DNA from: an uncultured virus (IMG/VR IMGVR_UViG_3300024262_004725) | Lineage: Duplodnaviria > Heunggongvirae > Uroviricota > Caudoviricetes | Reading direction: 5' to 3' (one strand) | Virus record (IMG/VR): IMGVR_UViG_3300024262_004725 | DNA length: 64,000 bases | Shown here: positions 51,879 to 63,041 of the stretch, one piece after another | Layout of the letters: each line of letters opens with the position of its first letter | How positions within the stretch are numbered: the first letter of the stretch is position 1 | Notes under the pieces: model-generated | The model's input: the letters and a program-made list of their open reading frames with translations, nothing else | What the model was told of the DNA's origin: nothing | Databases searched by the model: none | Translations under genes and position numbers: made by a program

Positions 51879-54185
51879 ATGACCCTTAAAACTGAAATAA
51901 AAATTGGGCAACACGCAGAAACAATTCTTGAAAAAAGATATATAAAAAAGAATGCAACAGGGGAACCTTTAGAAGATATTGAAGGAATGTTTAGACGCGT
52001 AGCAAAAGCAATTGCTGCAGCAGAAGAAACTACTACAAAAAAGAAAAAATTCGAAAAACTGTTTTTTGAACAATTAACAGAAGGTAAATTTCTACCTAAT
52101 TCACCTACAATGATGAACGCAGGTGTTGATGAAGGTACATTATCTGCATGTTTTGTTATAGGTGTAGAAGATACTATGGAAGGTATTTTAAACGCATCTA
52201 GAATTGCAGGTTTAGTATTAAAGTATGGTGGAGGTACAGGATATGGATTAAGTCATTTAAGATCTAAAGGTACCACAATTAGATCTACACATGGAAAAGC
52301 ATGTGGACCTGTTTCAGTATTAAATCATTATGATTCATTATCTAAAATGATAACGCAAGGTGGAAAACGTGATGGTGCTAATATGGCAGTACTATCAATA
52401 AATCATCCAGATATACAAGAATTTATTCATTCTAAAGATGAATGGGCAGAAACTGGTGGTTTTACAGGCCCATTATCTGATTTTAATATTTCTATTGGTA
52501 TAGATGATAAATTTATGCATGCAGTTAAGAATAATAAAGAACACACTTTTATTGAACCTTCAACAGGACAAGCAGTTGGTAGCATTAAAGCTAAAGATTT
52601 ATTTGAAGAAATTGTGGAATCTGCTTGGAAAACTGGAGATCCTGGATTAATTTTCTTAGATGAAATTAATCGAACTAATCCCACACCACATTTAGGTTTA
52701 TTAGAATCTACTAATCCATGTGGAGAAGTACCCTTATATGCAAATGAAGCATGTAATTTAGCATCAATTAACTTAGGGACTTTTTGGGATGTTGAAAAAG
52801 AAGAAATTAATAAAGAAGAATTAATAAAAACAGCAGAAATTGCAACTCGTTTTCTTGATAATGTAGTAACAGTAAATCACTTTCCCGTAGAAGAAATTAC
52901 AGAAGCTGTTGCTAAAACAAGAAAAATCGGTTTAGGCGTAATGGGTTGGGCTGATTTATTAGTATTCGCAGGAATCCCTTATCAATCAGAAAAAGCTTTA
53001 GAGCTTTTAGATGAAGTAATGGAAATTATTAGTGGAACTGCTAATAAAGTAAGTTTAGAATTAGGAAAAGAAAGAGGTCCATACCCTGCATTTAATGCAG
53101 AGTATGATAAGCCATATAGAAATGCTACACGAACTTGCATGGCTCCTACAGGAACTATTTCAAGAATTGCAGGTGCATCATCTGGAATAGAACCTCTATA
53201 TGCATTAGCATTTACTTCAAAAATTTTAGATGGATCTATACTTAATGATGTATCAGAATCTTTCTTAGTTTACGCCATGAAAAAAGGTTTTTATACAGAA
53301 GATTTAATTCAAAGAATAATTGATAATCAATTAAGTGGTTCAATAAAAGGTCTTGTTAGTGAGCAACATGAAGAAGTTCTTACTACTGCATTAGAAGTAA
53401 GTCCTGAATGGCATATTAGACATCAAGCAAGATTTCAAAAATTTACAGATTTAGCAGTAAGTAAAACAATAAACTTACCTAAAGATGCGGATAAAGAAAC
53501 TGTTAAAAATGCATATTTTCAAGCTTTTGATTCCAAGTGTAAAGGAATCACAATTTACAGGCAAGGAAGTAGAAATTTTGAAGTACTAACTACTAAATCT
53601 TCTACAGAATCTGCAGACAAAGAATTAGAAAACTTTTCATTAATTCCTGAACAAATTCCTTGGGGAGCAGAAGCTCAAAGATACAGAGTTCCAACACCTG
53701 ATGGATTAAGTGCACATATCAATGTAACTAAAGGAGCTAGTGGAAATCCCTTAGAAGTATTCATTCAAGTAGGTAAGAGTGGATATGATCTTCAAGCTGA
53801 TATGGAAGCTATTGGCAGATTAATTAGTCTTGCATTACGTTCTGGAATTTCTATACATGCAATCCATGAACAAATAGTTGGAATTAATTCTGGAAGAACA
53901 GCATATCATGATAATAGAATAATCAAAAGTTATCCTGATGGTATTGCTTTAGTTCTTGAAGAGTTTCTAACTATTAATACTACTGCAGAAGTAATAGCAG
54001 AAACACCTGTAGAATCTGGATTACTTAGTACATTACTTGCAGGTAAAACAAATGGAACAATGGAACAAGATAAATTAGAGCATCAAAGTAATCATGCCAT
54101 TTGTCCTTCATGCAAAAATCCCTTAGTTTATGAAGAGGGATGTCAAAAATGTCAAAGCACTTATTGTGACTTTAGTAGATGTTAA
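51879..54185 (+). CDS. nrdJ: Class II (B12-dependent) ribonucleotide reductase with C-terminal TSCPD-like and Zn-ribbon domains
   Basis: FLPNSPT, LSACF, GGGTG, TNPCGE, APTGT, SKTIN, and C-terminal CPSC...EGCQKC...C...SRC. No small subunit gene is seen. Confidence 0.92.
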   Translation: MTLKTEIKIGQHAETILEKRYIKKNATGEPLEDIEGMFRRVAKAIAAAEETTTKKKKFEKLFFEQLTEGKFLPNSPTMMNAGVDEGTLSACFVIGVEDTMEGILNASRIAGLVLKYGGGTGYGLSHLRSKGTTIRSTHGKACGPVSVLNHYDSLSKMITQGGKRDGANMAVLSINHPDIQEFIHSKDEWAETGGFTGPLSDFNISIGIDDKFMHAVKNNKEHTFIEPSTGQAVGSIKAKDLFEEIVESAWKTGDPGLIFLDEINRTNPTPHLGLLESTNPCGEVPLYANEACNLASINLGTFWDVEKEEINKEELIKTAEIATRFLDNVVTVNHFPVEEITEAVAKTRKIGLGVMGWADLLVFAGIPYQSEKALELLDEVMEIISGTANKVSLELGKERGPYPAFNAEYDKPYRNATRTCMAPTGTISRIAGASSGIEPLYALAFTSKILDGSILNDVSESFLVYAMKKGFYTEDLIQRIIDNQLSGSIKGLVSEQHEEVLTTALEVSPEWHIRHQARFQKFTDLAVSKTINLPKDADKETVKNAYFQAFDSKCKGITIYRQGSRNFEVLTTKSSTESADKELENFSLIPEQIPWGAEAQRYRVPTPDGLSAHINVTKGASGNPLEVFIQVGKSGYDLQADMEAIGRLISLALRSGISIHAIHEQIVGINSGRTAYHDNRIIKSYPDGIALVLEEFLTINTTAEVIAETPVESGLLSTLLAGKTNGTMEQDKLEHQSNHAICPSCKNPLVYEEGCQKCQSTYCDFSRC

Positions 54186-55055
54186 AAGGAGATTAATAAA
54201 ATGAATATAACTTTTGAATCTGGCAAAATTACAAATATTAATAAGGGAACTCAAGAAGCTTTCACTATATTAGATGCATCTACTACAAACCCAATAGGAA
54301 AAGCTTTAATAGAAACATACCCTGAAGGAGAAAGAATAAGAACTCAATGGTATATTTCTGCAAACTCAATAAATAGTGGTAGACCTGTTCAAGGATCTGC
54401 CATAAATGAAGAACATGCAAAAGAAATAATACAAGAAAAATTCAATCAAGCTAATAGAGCTTCAAAAATATTCAAAAATTTTAAATTATAATGCTACAAG
54501 CTTTAAAATATTTAGTAATCTATGCAGTATTTAATTTTTCATTAAAAACATCTATTTTTATATTTCTTATTCATTTATCAATGGGGAGTATAGCAGTTTC
54601 TACAAATATTGAAATAGGCCTTGGTTATTTTGTTATTCAAATATTTGCTAGCATATTTTGGTTAGCTGTAATAATGAACAAAATTAGGATGGGAATTTAA
54701 GATGACATCACCAGTAGACGGAATTTTATCAGTAGCGGCTCCAGTAGTTGCTGGTGCAGCAGTTATTGGATTAACTAATGCAGCAATGAAAACTACAACT
54801 CCTAGATCAGATGGAACACGTAGATCAGGAATTGTATTAAGTAAAACAGTTACTAAAGCATCTAATGATCAAATTAGTACATTAGTTAATAAAGCAGAAG
54901 ATCTTGGAGTACAAGATGTAGTTATTGAAGATAGTGTTGATGGTACATTTATTTTATTCCAATTTCCTGCAGGAACTAAACTTCCTGGTTTTAGAAAAGC
55001 TTTTGGTCGATTACATTAAATCATAAACAATAAATTAAAGTCTATAAAATAACAA

Positions 55056-56858
55056 ATGACAAAAATTCTAAATTATAAATATTCTCCATACATTTTAGCA
55101 ATAGTGATCTTCTTCTGGTACTTACCTAATATAACTCCTGGTTATACTTGGGTAAGTGCTGGAGTAGATCATTTTGATTTTATATTTGCAGCAAGATTTC
55201 ATTTAGTACCACATTCTACTGGATTTCCTGCATATATGATACCTGCTAATTTAGTATTAATGGCATCACCTAATACTCATATTGCATGGACAATGGCAAT
55301 TACATTATCTATGATTCCTATGGTAATTACAGGTGTACTAGTACATTTATCAGTTAAAAAACTAATTGAAAATTGGGGCTCTTCATTAAACAAAGAATTT
55401 GAAACTACTCCAATTGACAAAACATTTCAACTTATTGATTACAAAATATGGACACCTTATGTAGCACAGCTAATTACTTACGGCGCAGTATTATTAATCG
55501 CACAAACATTCATAGTAGAAGTATATCTTTTTTCTATTATGATTGCGATGACAGCAATCACTTTTCATATATACGGAAAACACAATTGGGCATCAGTTTT
55601 TATAGGACTTGCATTTGCTTCGCACGGACTAACTTGGACAATGATGGGATTATTATTACTCATCAATTGGAAGACGTATATATCTAAATGGTGGATTCTT
55701 TCAATATTTGCAATAACACCTTATGCATATTTACCAATTGCAATGTCAATGACAGAATTTGGCGAAGAAAATACATTAAGAAATAATCAAATATCTGAAT
55801 ATTATAGATTTTTTAAATTTGGTTCTTCAAGTTTTTGGTGGGGAACATTACCAATATGGAAAGTACCTGAACGCATATGGGATTCACTCATCTTAATTTC
55901 GGTAACCCTAGGACTAGGAAGTCTCTCTTTAATTCTATTTATAAAACACGATATGAAAAAATATTGGTGGCTAATTCTGATAATAGCCCCAACACTATAT
56001 TACTGGTTCGGAACTGCAGTGAACATCGTTCATGTACACTTTGCATTAGCAGTACCTGTAATAATAATTCTAGCAAGCCTAGGATTAAAATACAGCACAA
56101 TTCATCCAAAGTATTACGCATTAGTAGCCCTAGCTATAATTTTAACAATCCCATTTTATTGGGATCTAGGGAGAACTTTAGATAAAAATCAAGCATCACA
56201 ATCCTATTATGATTTCTTTGATACATTAGAAAATGATGATCATGTCATTATTAATGTAGCAATAACTACAGTAGAAAAAGAAAATGAAACAGTAACAGCA
56301 TTAACAGATGGAGTAGCTATTTGGTGGGGTACTTTATTATATAACAGATTAAATAATAGAAAAATTACACCAATTTCACCTAATAAATATTTAGATGTAA
56401 ATAATAGTTTTGATCCAGCAAGAAACGAAGGAAGAAAACAAACATCATTAAATTATCAAAATAGTTTAATTCAGTATGGATTAAATCCAGTTGATGCTTT
56501 ATTATTAAAAGAACAAGAAGGAACTGGATGGTATGTAGAACTCAATGGAAAAGAGATTAATATACCAGATAACATCTACGATCCTTGTGATCCATCTTGT
56601 ATAGATCCAGAAAGAAATATTTTTCAAATTCAACAATGGTGGTTAATAGACAGAATTTTCCTTGCTAATCCTAATCAAACAATTCATTTAACAGAAAATA
56701 TAGGAAGAGAAGAAAAAGATATTATAGATAGGATATATACACGTGACTTATTACCTACAAACATTGCAATTGCATTTGAACAAATTTACAATGAAGCAGG
56801 GATTAGCATTACTACTAGGGGTAATACTAGGAACAACTTTTATAACATCGACAGTTAG
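55056..56858 (+). CDS. DUF2723/TMEM260-like GT-C glycosyltransferase
   Basis: GVDHFDF...VPHSTGFPAY (compare the HPPGYP motif), IVEVY, multiple TM helices. Confidence 0.72.
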   Translation: MTKILNYKYSPYILAIVIFFWYLPNITPGYTWVSAGVDHFDFIFAARFHLVPHSTGFPAYMIPANLVLMASPNTHIAWTMAITLSMIPMVITGVLVHLSVKKLIENWGSSLNKEFETTPIDKTFQLIDYKIWTPYVAQLITYGAVLLIAQTFIVEVYLFSIMIAMTAITFHIYGKHNWASVFIGLAFASHGLTWTMMGLLLLINWKTYISKWWILSIFAITPYAYLPIAMSMTEFGEENTLRNNQISEYYRFFKFGSSSFWWGTLPIWKVPERIWDSLILISVTLGLGSLSLILFIKHDMKKYWWLILIIAPTLYYWFGTAVNIVHVHFALAVPVIIILASLGLKYSTIHPKYYALVALAIILTIPFYWDLGRTLDKNQASQSYYDFFDTLENDDHVIINVAITTVEKENETVTALTDGVAIWWGTLLYNRLNNRKITPISPNKYLDVNNSFDPARNEGRKQTSLNYQNSLIQYGLNPVDALLLKEQEGTGWYVELNGKEINIPDNIYDPCDPSCIDPERNIFQIQQWWLIDRIFLANPNQTIHLTENIGREEKDIIDRIYTRDLLPTNIAIAFEQIYNEAGISITTRGNTRNNFYNIDS

Positions 56859-57969
56859 CTCAGTTACTTTTGACGGATTTTCAGGTAGTAATGTAATTTC
56901 TTATTATATAGGATGGAGAATTCATACTGCAGAAATATTAATATTACCAATAATTTTTTATTTGTTAATAATAAAGCCTAAAATTTCAGATTTCAAACAA
57001 ATAAATATAATAATATTCTTTGGTTTATATTTTAGTATACTAATTTCTATATTTTTTTCACAAAATAGTTCAAATTCAATACTCCATATTACTAGATTTC
57101 TTTTATATATGTATTTTGGTATGTATATTGTTAAGTTAATAAATATAAAATGGGTAGCTTGGGGTTTATTTTCTTTTACTCATTTTGCAATTATCTGGGG
57201 AACATTAGAATTTAACATACATAATACATTATTAAATGGCCCATTAGGTAATCCAGCAATAATGGCAGGATTAATAATTGTAAGTAGTGTATTTTTATAT
57301 GAAGTTTATAATAAAAATTATTTATTATTAACTTATATTTCTTTTGTTGGATTAACAGGAAGTAGAACAGGAATATTAACTGCATTAATTATACTAACTA
57401 TTGCAGCTATTATAGATTTTAAAGAATATAAAGGAAAAACAGTAAAAAAGTATTTAGCTGATATATTACTTTTAAGCTGTCTTACTTTTATAGCAATCAC
57501 TCAAACAACAACAGGGCCTAATAGATTTGATGTAGTAGCAGATTTTATACAACAAGAACGTACATTAGAACAATTTAGTAGCCATAGATCAGAAGATATT
57601 AAAGACTCATGGAAAGTAATAAAAGAGAACTTCCCTCTAGGGGTAGGCTTCCACAACATAGGATTAACACAAGAAAACATTCCTCACAACATTCCAATAA
57701 TTCTATTAACAGAACTTGGAATTTTAGCAGTGATTTTCTTAATGCTATATTTGGTACTATTATTATTATCACGCTCATTATTATTATTAGCTATGGGATT
57801 GATAGGATTAGGTGATTACTACTTATATCAAGGTACTTGGGCAGTATTTGTTTTTACATCTATTATAATTGGAATACACATAGGACAACTTAATGAAGAA
57901 TCTGTTAAGAGATTACTGGCAACATGGAAGCGCAGTACTAATATTAATTTTTATTTCAATAAACTTTGA
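56743..57969 (+). CDS. O-antigen ligase/polymerase-like (Wzy_C) membrane protein
   Basis: GPLGNPAIMAG, LTGSRTG, PLGVGFHN, PHNIPIILLTELG. Confidence 0.8.
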   Translation: MTYYLQTLQLHLNKFTMKQGLALLLGVILGTTFITSTVSSVTFDGFSGSNVISYYIGWRIHTAEILILPIIFYLLIIKPKISDFKQINIIIFFGLYFSILISIFFSQNSSNSILHITRFLLYMYFGMYIVKLINIKWVAWGLFSFTHFAIIWGTLEFNIHNTLLNGPLGNPAIMAGLIIVSSVFLYEVYNKNYLLLTYISFVGLTGSRTGILTALIILTIAAIIDFKEYKGKTVKKYLADILLLSCLTFIAITQTTTGPNRFDVVADFIQQERTLEQFSSHRSEDIKDSWKVIKENFPLGVGFHNIGLTQENIPHNIPIILLTELGILAVIFLMLYLVLLLLSRSLLLLAMGLIGLGDYYLYQGTWAVFVFTSIIIGIHIGQLNEESVKRLLATWKRSTNINFYFNKL

Positions 57970-58525
57970 ATTTGCAAGAGATTATGTATCAGGAAGATTA
58001 GAATATAAATGGTTATTTGCAGAATTATCTAATAAAGATGTAAAACTCTTTACAATCTTAATAACAATTGGAGCGGGTGCAGGTTTTTTGGTAAACGCAA
58101 TTATTCAAAATATAAGAACTAAAACAAAAGAAGCTACTAATGTTGCCCTAGAAGAACGTAATCGTTTTATTAAATTTGGTATAGTTGGATTAATGGGAGT
58201 GGGTTGGAAAACATTACTTCTTTGGCAAGGAGTCGAAAAATATGGAATTTCAGAATATATTGTTATTATTCCCATCTTCTTTATTATCTTTTTTCATAAT
58301 TATATACTTAATACGATCTGGAGTTTTAGAGGACTCACTACTACTGAAAATAGTCTTTTTAAGTATTTGGGTATTAACATCTTTTCTGGGTTGGTATATT
58401 TCTCCTGTTATTACTCATTTTTACTTCTTCATACTCATTATATTTTTGCCTCATTACTCGGTGTTGGAGCAGCAGCGTTTATAAATTTTGCAGGTAGTAG
58501 ATTAGGTGTTTGGAAAACAGTTTAA
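57893..58525 (+). CDS. GtrA-family protein
   Basis: RFIKFGIVG...HNYILNTIWSF...INFAGSRLGVW. Confidence 0.8.
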   Translation: MKNLLRDYWQHGSAVLILIFISINFEFARDYVSGRLEYKWLFAELSNKDVKLFTILITIGAGAGFLVNAIIQNIRTKTKEATNVALEERNRFIKFGIVGLMGVGWKTLLLWQGVEKYGISEYIVIIPIFFIIFFHNYILNTIWSFRGLTTTENSLFKYLGINIFSGLVYFSCYYSFLLLHTHYIFASLLGVGAAAFINFAGSRLGVWKTV

Positions 58526-58540
58526 CTAAAGGAATTTAAT

Positions 58541-58813
58541 ATGCCAAGTACTAAACACGCTATATTAAAAGCAGTATCAGAATATCCTTTTAGAGAAGGA
58601 ATAGATGTAAATAGTTTATATAGTGATGCAAAAGAATTAAAACCAGAATTAGAAATTAGAGATTTTGATAGAACATTAATTCATCTAGTTAAAAATAATT
58701 TTTTAGATGCAGATAACATAAAAATGGACACCGATAATGTTGATATAGGAATACCTGCAAGAATTAAAAGAGGATTCTTTATCCTTACTATGAAAGGTGA
58801 TTTAGAAATATAA
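58541..58813 (+). CDS. Winged-helix-like small protein
   Basis: ILKAV...FDRTLIHLVKNNFL...FILTMKG. Confidence 0.5.
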   Translation: MPSTKHAILKAVSEYPFREGIDVNSLYSDAKELKPELEIRDFDRTLIHLVKNNFLDADNIKMDTDNVDIGIPARIKRGFFILTMKGDLEI

Positions 58814-59122
58814 TGTCAGGATTAATTGCAACTTTTAGAACAGAAACTGGAAATGTACTTGTAATTAAAGTACAACAAGCAGCTAGAGAAATACAAAGTG
58901 AATTTTCAGGAAATCCTCAAGTTTCATTAGAACGCGATGATGAAAATGATTTACAATTAATAGTATATAATATGAAATTTTCAGATGTTGAAAAAGTACA
59001 TCAAAGATTTACAGGTAAAGCTGGAATAAAAAATATAGAAATATTAGATACAATTAAAGTAATGGACAGAGGACTAACAGAAATTTAAAAATGTTTTATT
59101 CTCTATTTAATCTAAATAAAGA

Positions 59123-59167
59123 GGGGTCAAAAAAGGCTGGACAAAACACAACAATTAATGATATAAT
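59123..59167 (+). promoter_or_regulatory. Sigma70-type promoter with GGGGTCA element
   Basis: GGGGTCA, TGGACA (59138-59143), 18-nt spacer, extended -10 TG-A-TATAAT (TATAAT at 59162-59167). Confidence 0.75.
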
Positions 59168-60721
59168 TAACTTACTACCGCTAATAATACCTATAACATT
59201 AATTTTACTTATTTTAGGTATAATAAAACCAGATAGAAGTAATATAGATTTAAGAAAAGGATAATAATATGGCTACTAGAATAGATAAAAAGCAATATAA
59301 AAATGCAAAAGAAGATAGCCCCTCAGTTATTATTGCATTTAGTTCTAACCAAAAATTATCAAAATATGATTTAGCAGATTTAGCTTACCAATTAAAATTT
59401 CACATACCCAATAATGAAGCTATAAGTATACTAAGAGAATTAAAAAAGAAAAGAAGTAAAGAAGAAATAGTAGCAATTAAAGCTAATTTTTTAAAGTCAT
59501 TAGATTATAACTTACAATCTTCAGATATAAAGCATATAAAGAATTTACGAAAAGTAATTTAAGAAAAGGATAATAATATGGTTATGGAAGATCTACCAAT
59601 ACCTGAAAATGAAGAAAGACGTAAAGCTGTACGTTCTATATCAAACAGACATTCAGGTCTTATATTTAAATTAAAAGGAGATCAATTTTCTGAAGCTAAA
59701 AAAATTTTACAAATACTTCGTAATGATATAAGAGCAGATAATCCAGGAATAAAAACAGAATTTGATATTGATGATAGAGGAAATACAACTGTTGCTGTTT
59801 TAGATATTAGACAACAAGATGCAAGAAAACTTTTGCAAAAAGTAAAAGATAATAATGTTGGTTTTGATCACGACATACTCGAATTTAGATAGGAACTATT
59901 ATGAGTGTAGTAGATAGACATTTAGAAAATTTAAAAGATACAGGACATAAAACATTTGATGTTAAATTTTCTGTAAGATCTGGACAAGATTTAGTTCAAT
60001 TAGATGAAGCAGCACGTAGTTCACAAACCTTAATGGTTGAACGTGCAGGATCAAATCAAATTAGAATAGTAGGTATTTCTGATGAATTCGATTTAATTCA
60101 AGGAATTCCAGGCACTACATTAGTTGAGATGTAACAATGAGTAGAATTATTGTTCAGATTCCGAATACTGCTAACCCTACTATTACTAGAAATTTAGAAT
60201 TTTCAATTGAAAGAGAACAATTACAAGGTAAGTCTGTAAATATTACTAATATTATTAATCAAAATAATAATATAATTTATTTTATAGATACAGAAGAAAG
60301 TGCAGATTATACCTTCACATTAAATAGAAAAATTGAAAATCAAATACGAGGAATTGGAAAAACTAATTTAGATGTTAATTATACAGAAACAGAAGTAAAT
60401 GAAGAATTAATCAGACATGATAATGCAATACAAAAAATGAGGTTAAGAGATGAAAAATCTAGTCCTAGTGAAAGATTAAAAAGAGAAAAAAATAGACTAC
60501 GTGGGCACATCTTTAGACTGCAAGATAATAAAGCTCGCGCAAAAAGAATATTTAGAATGACAGGAGAAGAACAACATAAAAATGAAATGGAAAAAATAGA
60601 AAAAAATATTGAAAGATTAGAAAAACGTAGATCAGAATTAACATTAAATGGAATAGAAAGTAAAACAAACGTTAATTTATCTGATGATGATATAAATAGT
60701 TTATTAAATTAAAGGTTTAAA

Positions 60722-61651
60722 ATGATAAAAACAATTGCAGTTATCGGGTCTAGTGGATATATAGCATCAGCTCTTTGCCCTAGACTTGAACAATATGGTT
60801 TTAAAGTAATTCAAATTGAAAGTATTCAATTCGCAAATCAGCATACAACATATGTTAATAATTTATTAGATTCAAATACAAATACTTTATTTGAAATACT
60901 TAGTGAAGCTGATTTAGTTATTTATGCAGCAGCAATAAATGGACAACCTGCAACAGAAAAAGAACCTGAAATTGCAGTTTGGTTAAATGGTAATTTACCT
61001 TCTAAAATTTCAGAAAACTTCTCTACTCTTTATTTAGGAGCAGAAAGTTCATATGGAGATGTTAAGCCTAAAGATCATAAATTAGGTATTCAAGAAACTG
61101 ATAAACCTAATGCAAAAGTTGCATATGCAGTATCTAAATTATATGGAGAAGAATGTGTAATTCTTAATAAAGGTACGGTTCTTAGATTAGCTACAGTATT
61201 TGGACCATCTTCTAATATTAGAACAGAAAATTTAATTCATGGATTAGCTGTAGAACTTTTACAAGAAAATAAATTAGAAATTTATCAACCAGATACTTTT
61301 AGAAATATATTATACATTGAAGACTTACTTCAAGTACTTATAAACTTAATATCAACTTTTAATAAAACAGATCAAGGACAAATATATAATATTGCAACTA
61401 GAGCTACAACTAAAAGAACTATAGTCGAAACCTTTTTAGATTTAATTTACTTTGAAAAAGGTAGAGATGAATATTTAAAAATAAAATTTGTAGATAAAAA
61501 AGATATTGAAAATAGACAATTTATACTAGCAACAAACAAAATAAAACAAAGATTACCTAATATTAAAATTCAAACAGAAATGAAAAATTTTATACAGGAA
61601 TTAAATTTCACTTTAAACGCTTTAAAATTAGAAGGAAAGCATCTACAATAA
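60722..61651 (+). CDS. NAD-dependent epimerase/dehydratase (extended SDR)
   Basis: GSSGYIA, YAVSK, LRLATVFG. Confidence 0.88.
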   Translation: MIKTIAVIGSSGYIASALCPRLEQYGFKVIQIESIQFANQHTTYVNNLLDSNTNTLFEILSEADLVIYAAAINGQPATEKEPEIAVWLNGNLPSKISENFSTLYLGAESSYGDVKPKDHKLGIQETDKPNAKVAYAVSKLYGEECVILNKGTVLRLATVFGPSSNIRTENLIHGLAVELLQENKLEIYQPDTFRNILYIEDLLQVLINLISTFNKTDQGQIYNIATRATTKRTIVETFLDLIYFEKGRDEYLKIKFVDKKDIENRQFILATNKIKQRLPNIKIQTEMKNFIQELNFTLNALKLEGKHLQ

Positions 61652-61652
61652 A

Positions 61653-62885
61653 ATGACAATTGCAAAACCTTTCATCCCAGTAGCAAATCCTGTTTTTGAT
61701 GAAGACGAAAAAACATTTTTATTAGAATGTATAGAAACTGGATGGATTTCATCTAAAGGACATTTTGTAAAAGATTTTGAAGAAAAATTTGCAGCGACAG
61801 TAGATACAAAATTTGCATTAGCAACATCTTCAGGCACAACAGCATTATCTGCCGCATTAATTGGATTAGATATTCGACCTGGAGATAAAGTAATTATACC
61901 TAATTACACTTTCCATGCTACTGCAACAGCTATTATATTTGCAGGAGCTATTCCAATTGTTGTAGATGTAGATCCTTCTAGTTGGGCAATTAATGCTTTT
62001 AAAATTCAAGATCTTATTGAACGTCAAAAGTCAATAGAAAAATCCAAAATAAAAGCTATTATGCCAGTTGCAATTAGTGGATTCCCTTGGGATTTACAAG
62101 CAATAGAATTTCTAGCTAAAACTTATAATTTAAAAATTATAGGTGATAATTGTCAAGCTCTTGGCACTTTAATGCAAGATAAATTTAGTCAAATATCTTT
62201 AGCCAAAGCTTGTGATGCAGCTGCATATTCTTTCTTTGCAAACAAAATTATTACCACCGGAGAAGGTGGAATAATGACTACTAGCAATAAAGAAACATAC
62301 AAAAGAGCTAAAGCATTTATAAATCAAGGTATTTTTGAAGAAGATTCAAATCTTTTTATTGCAAAAATACTTGGATTCAATGCTAGAATGACAAATTTAC
62401 AAGCTGCTATTGGATTTGCCCAATTAGATAAATTAGAACCTTTATTAGAGCAAAAGCAAATAGTATCTGCTTGGTATGAAAAATATTTAACATCTGCTAC
62501 AATTATTCAAAATAGAGAGAATTCTGATCTAAATATTCCTGCAATGTTTACTCAAAGTGAACATGAGCAATTAGGGGGCTCTTCTATAAGAATATCTCGT
62601 TGGATGTTTAGATTAGCTTTCTCAGATATAATTTCTATACAAGATATTAATAAAACAAGAACTGCATTAAGAGAACAAGGATATGAAACTAAACCTCTAT
62701 ATCCACCAATATCTCAACAACCTTTTATTAAAGAGTTAGTAAAAGAAGGAAGAGTAATTTTAGATAGAGATTTAAGTTTCTCAGAATCTCTTAAAGGTTT
62801 TTATTTACCTACACATGGAGAAATCACAGAAAAACAAGTAGAAGAAATGTCTAGCATTATTAAGAAACATCTTCATTTTTCATGA
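61653..62885 (+). CDS. DegT/DnrJ/EryC1/StrS sugar aminotransferase (perosamine synthase-like)
   Basis: GWISSKG, SSGTTAL, SFFANKIITTGEGG, GFNARMTNLQAAIG. Confidence 0.92.
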   Translation: MTIAKPFIPVANPVFDEDEKTFLLECIETGWISSKGHFVKDFEEKFAATVDTKFALATSSGTTALSAALIGLDIRPGDKVIIPNYTFHATATAIIFAGAIPIVVDVDPSSWAINAFKIQDLIERQKSIEKSKIKAIMPVAISGFPWDLQAIEFLAKTYNLKIIGDNCQALGTLMQDKFSQISLAKACDAAAYSFFANKIITTGEGGIMTTSNKETYKRAKAFINQGIFEEDSNLFIAKILGFNARMTNLQAAIGFAQLDKLEPLLEQKQIVSAWYEKYLTSATIIQNRENSDLNIPAMFTQSEHEQLGGSSIRISRWMFRLAFSDIISIQDINKTRTALREQGYETKPLYPPISQQPFIKELVKEGRVILDRDLSFSESLKGFYLPTHGEITEKQVEEMSSIIKKHLHFS

Positions 62886-63041
62886 TAGGTATTTTAAAAT
62901 TTGTTTTAATAAATTTTCTTGGTTTCATTTTTTTACGTACTCTTCTTAGAATATTAATTTTAGGAGCAATAGCAATTGGAGGTATCGCTATGCTCCGTAA
63001 AATAATTGATCCATTAGGTTAAAACATAAAAGGAATATTAA

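Noticed and set aside
55056..62885. Host chromosomal polysaccharide locus (prophage boundary)
   Set aside because: Same strand, composition, promoter motif and interleaved small viral-type ORFs as the rest of the window. No integrase or att site is seen.
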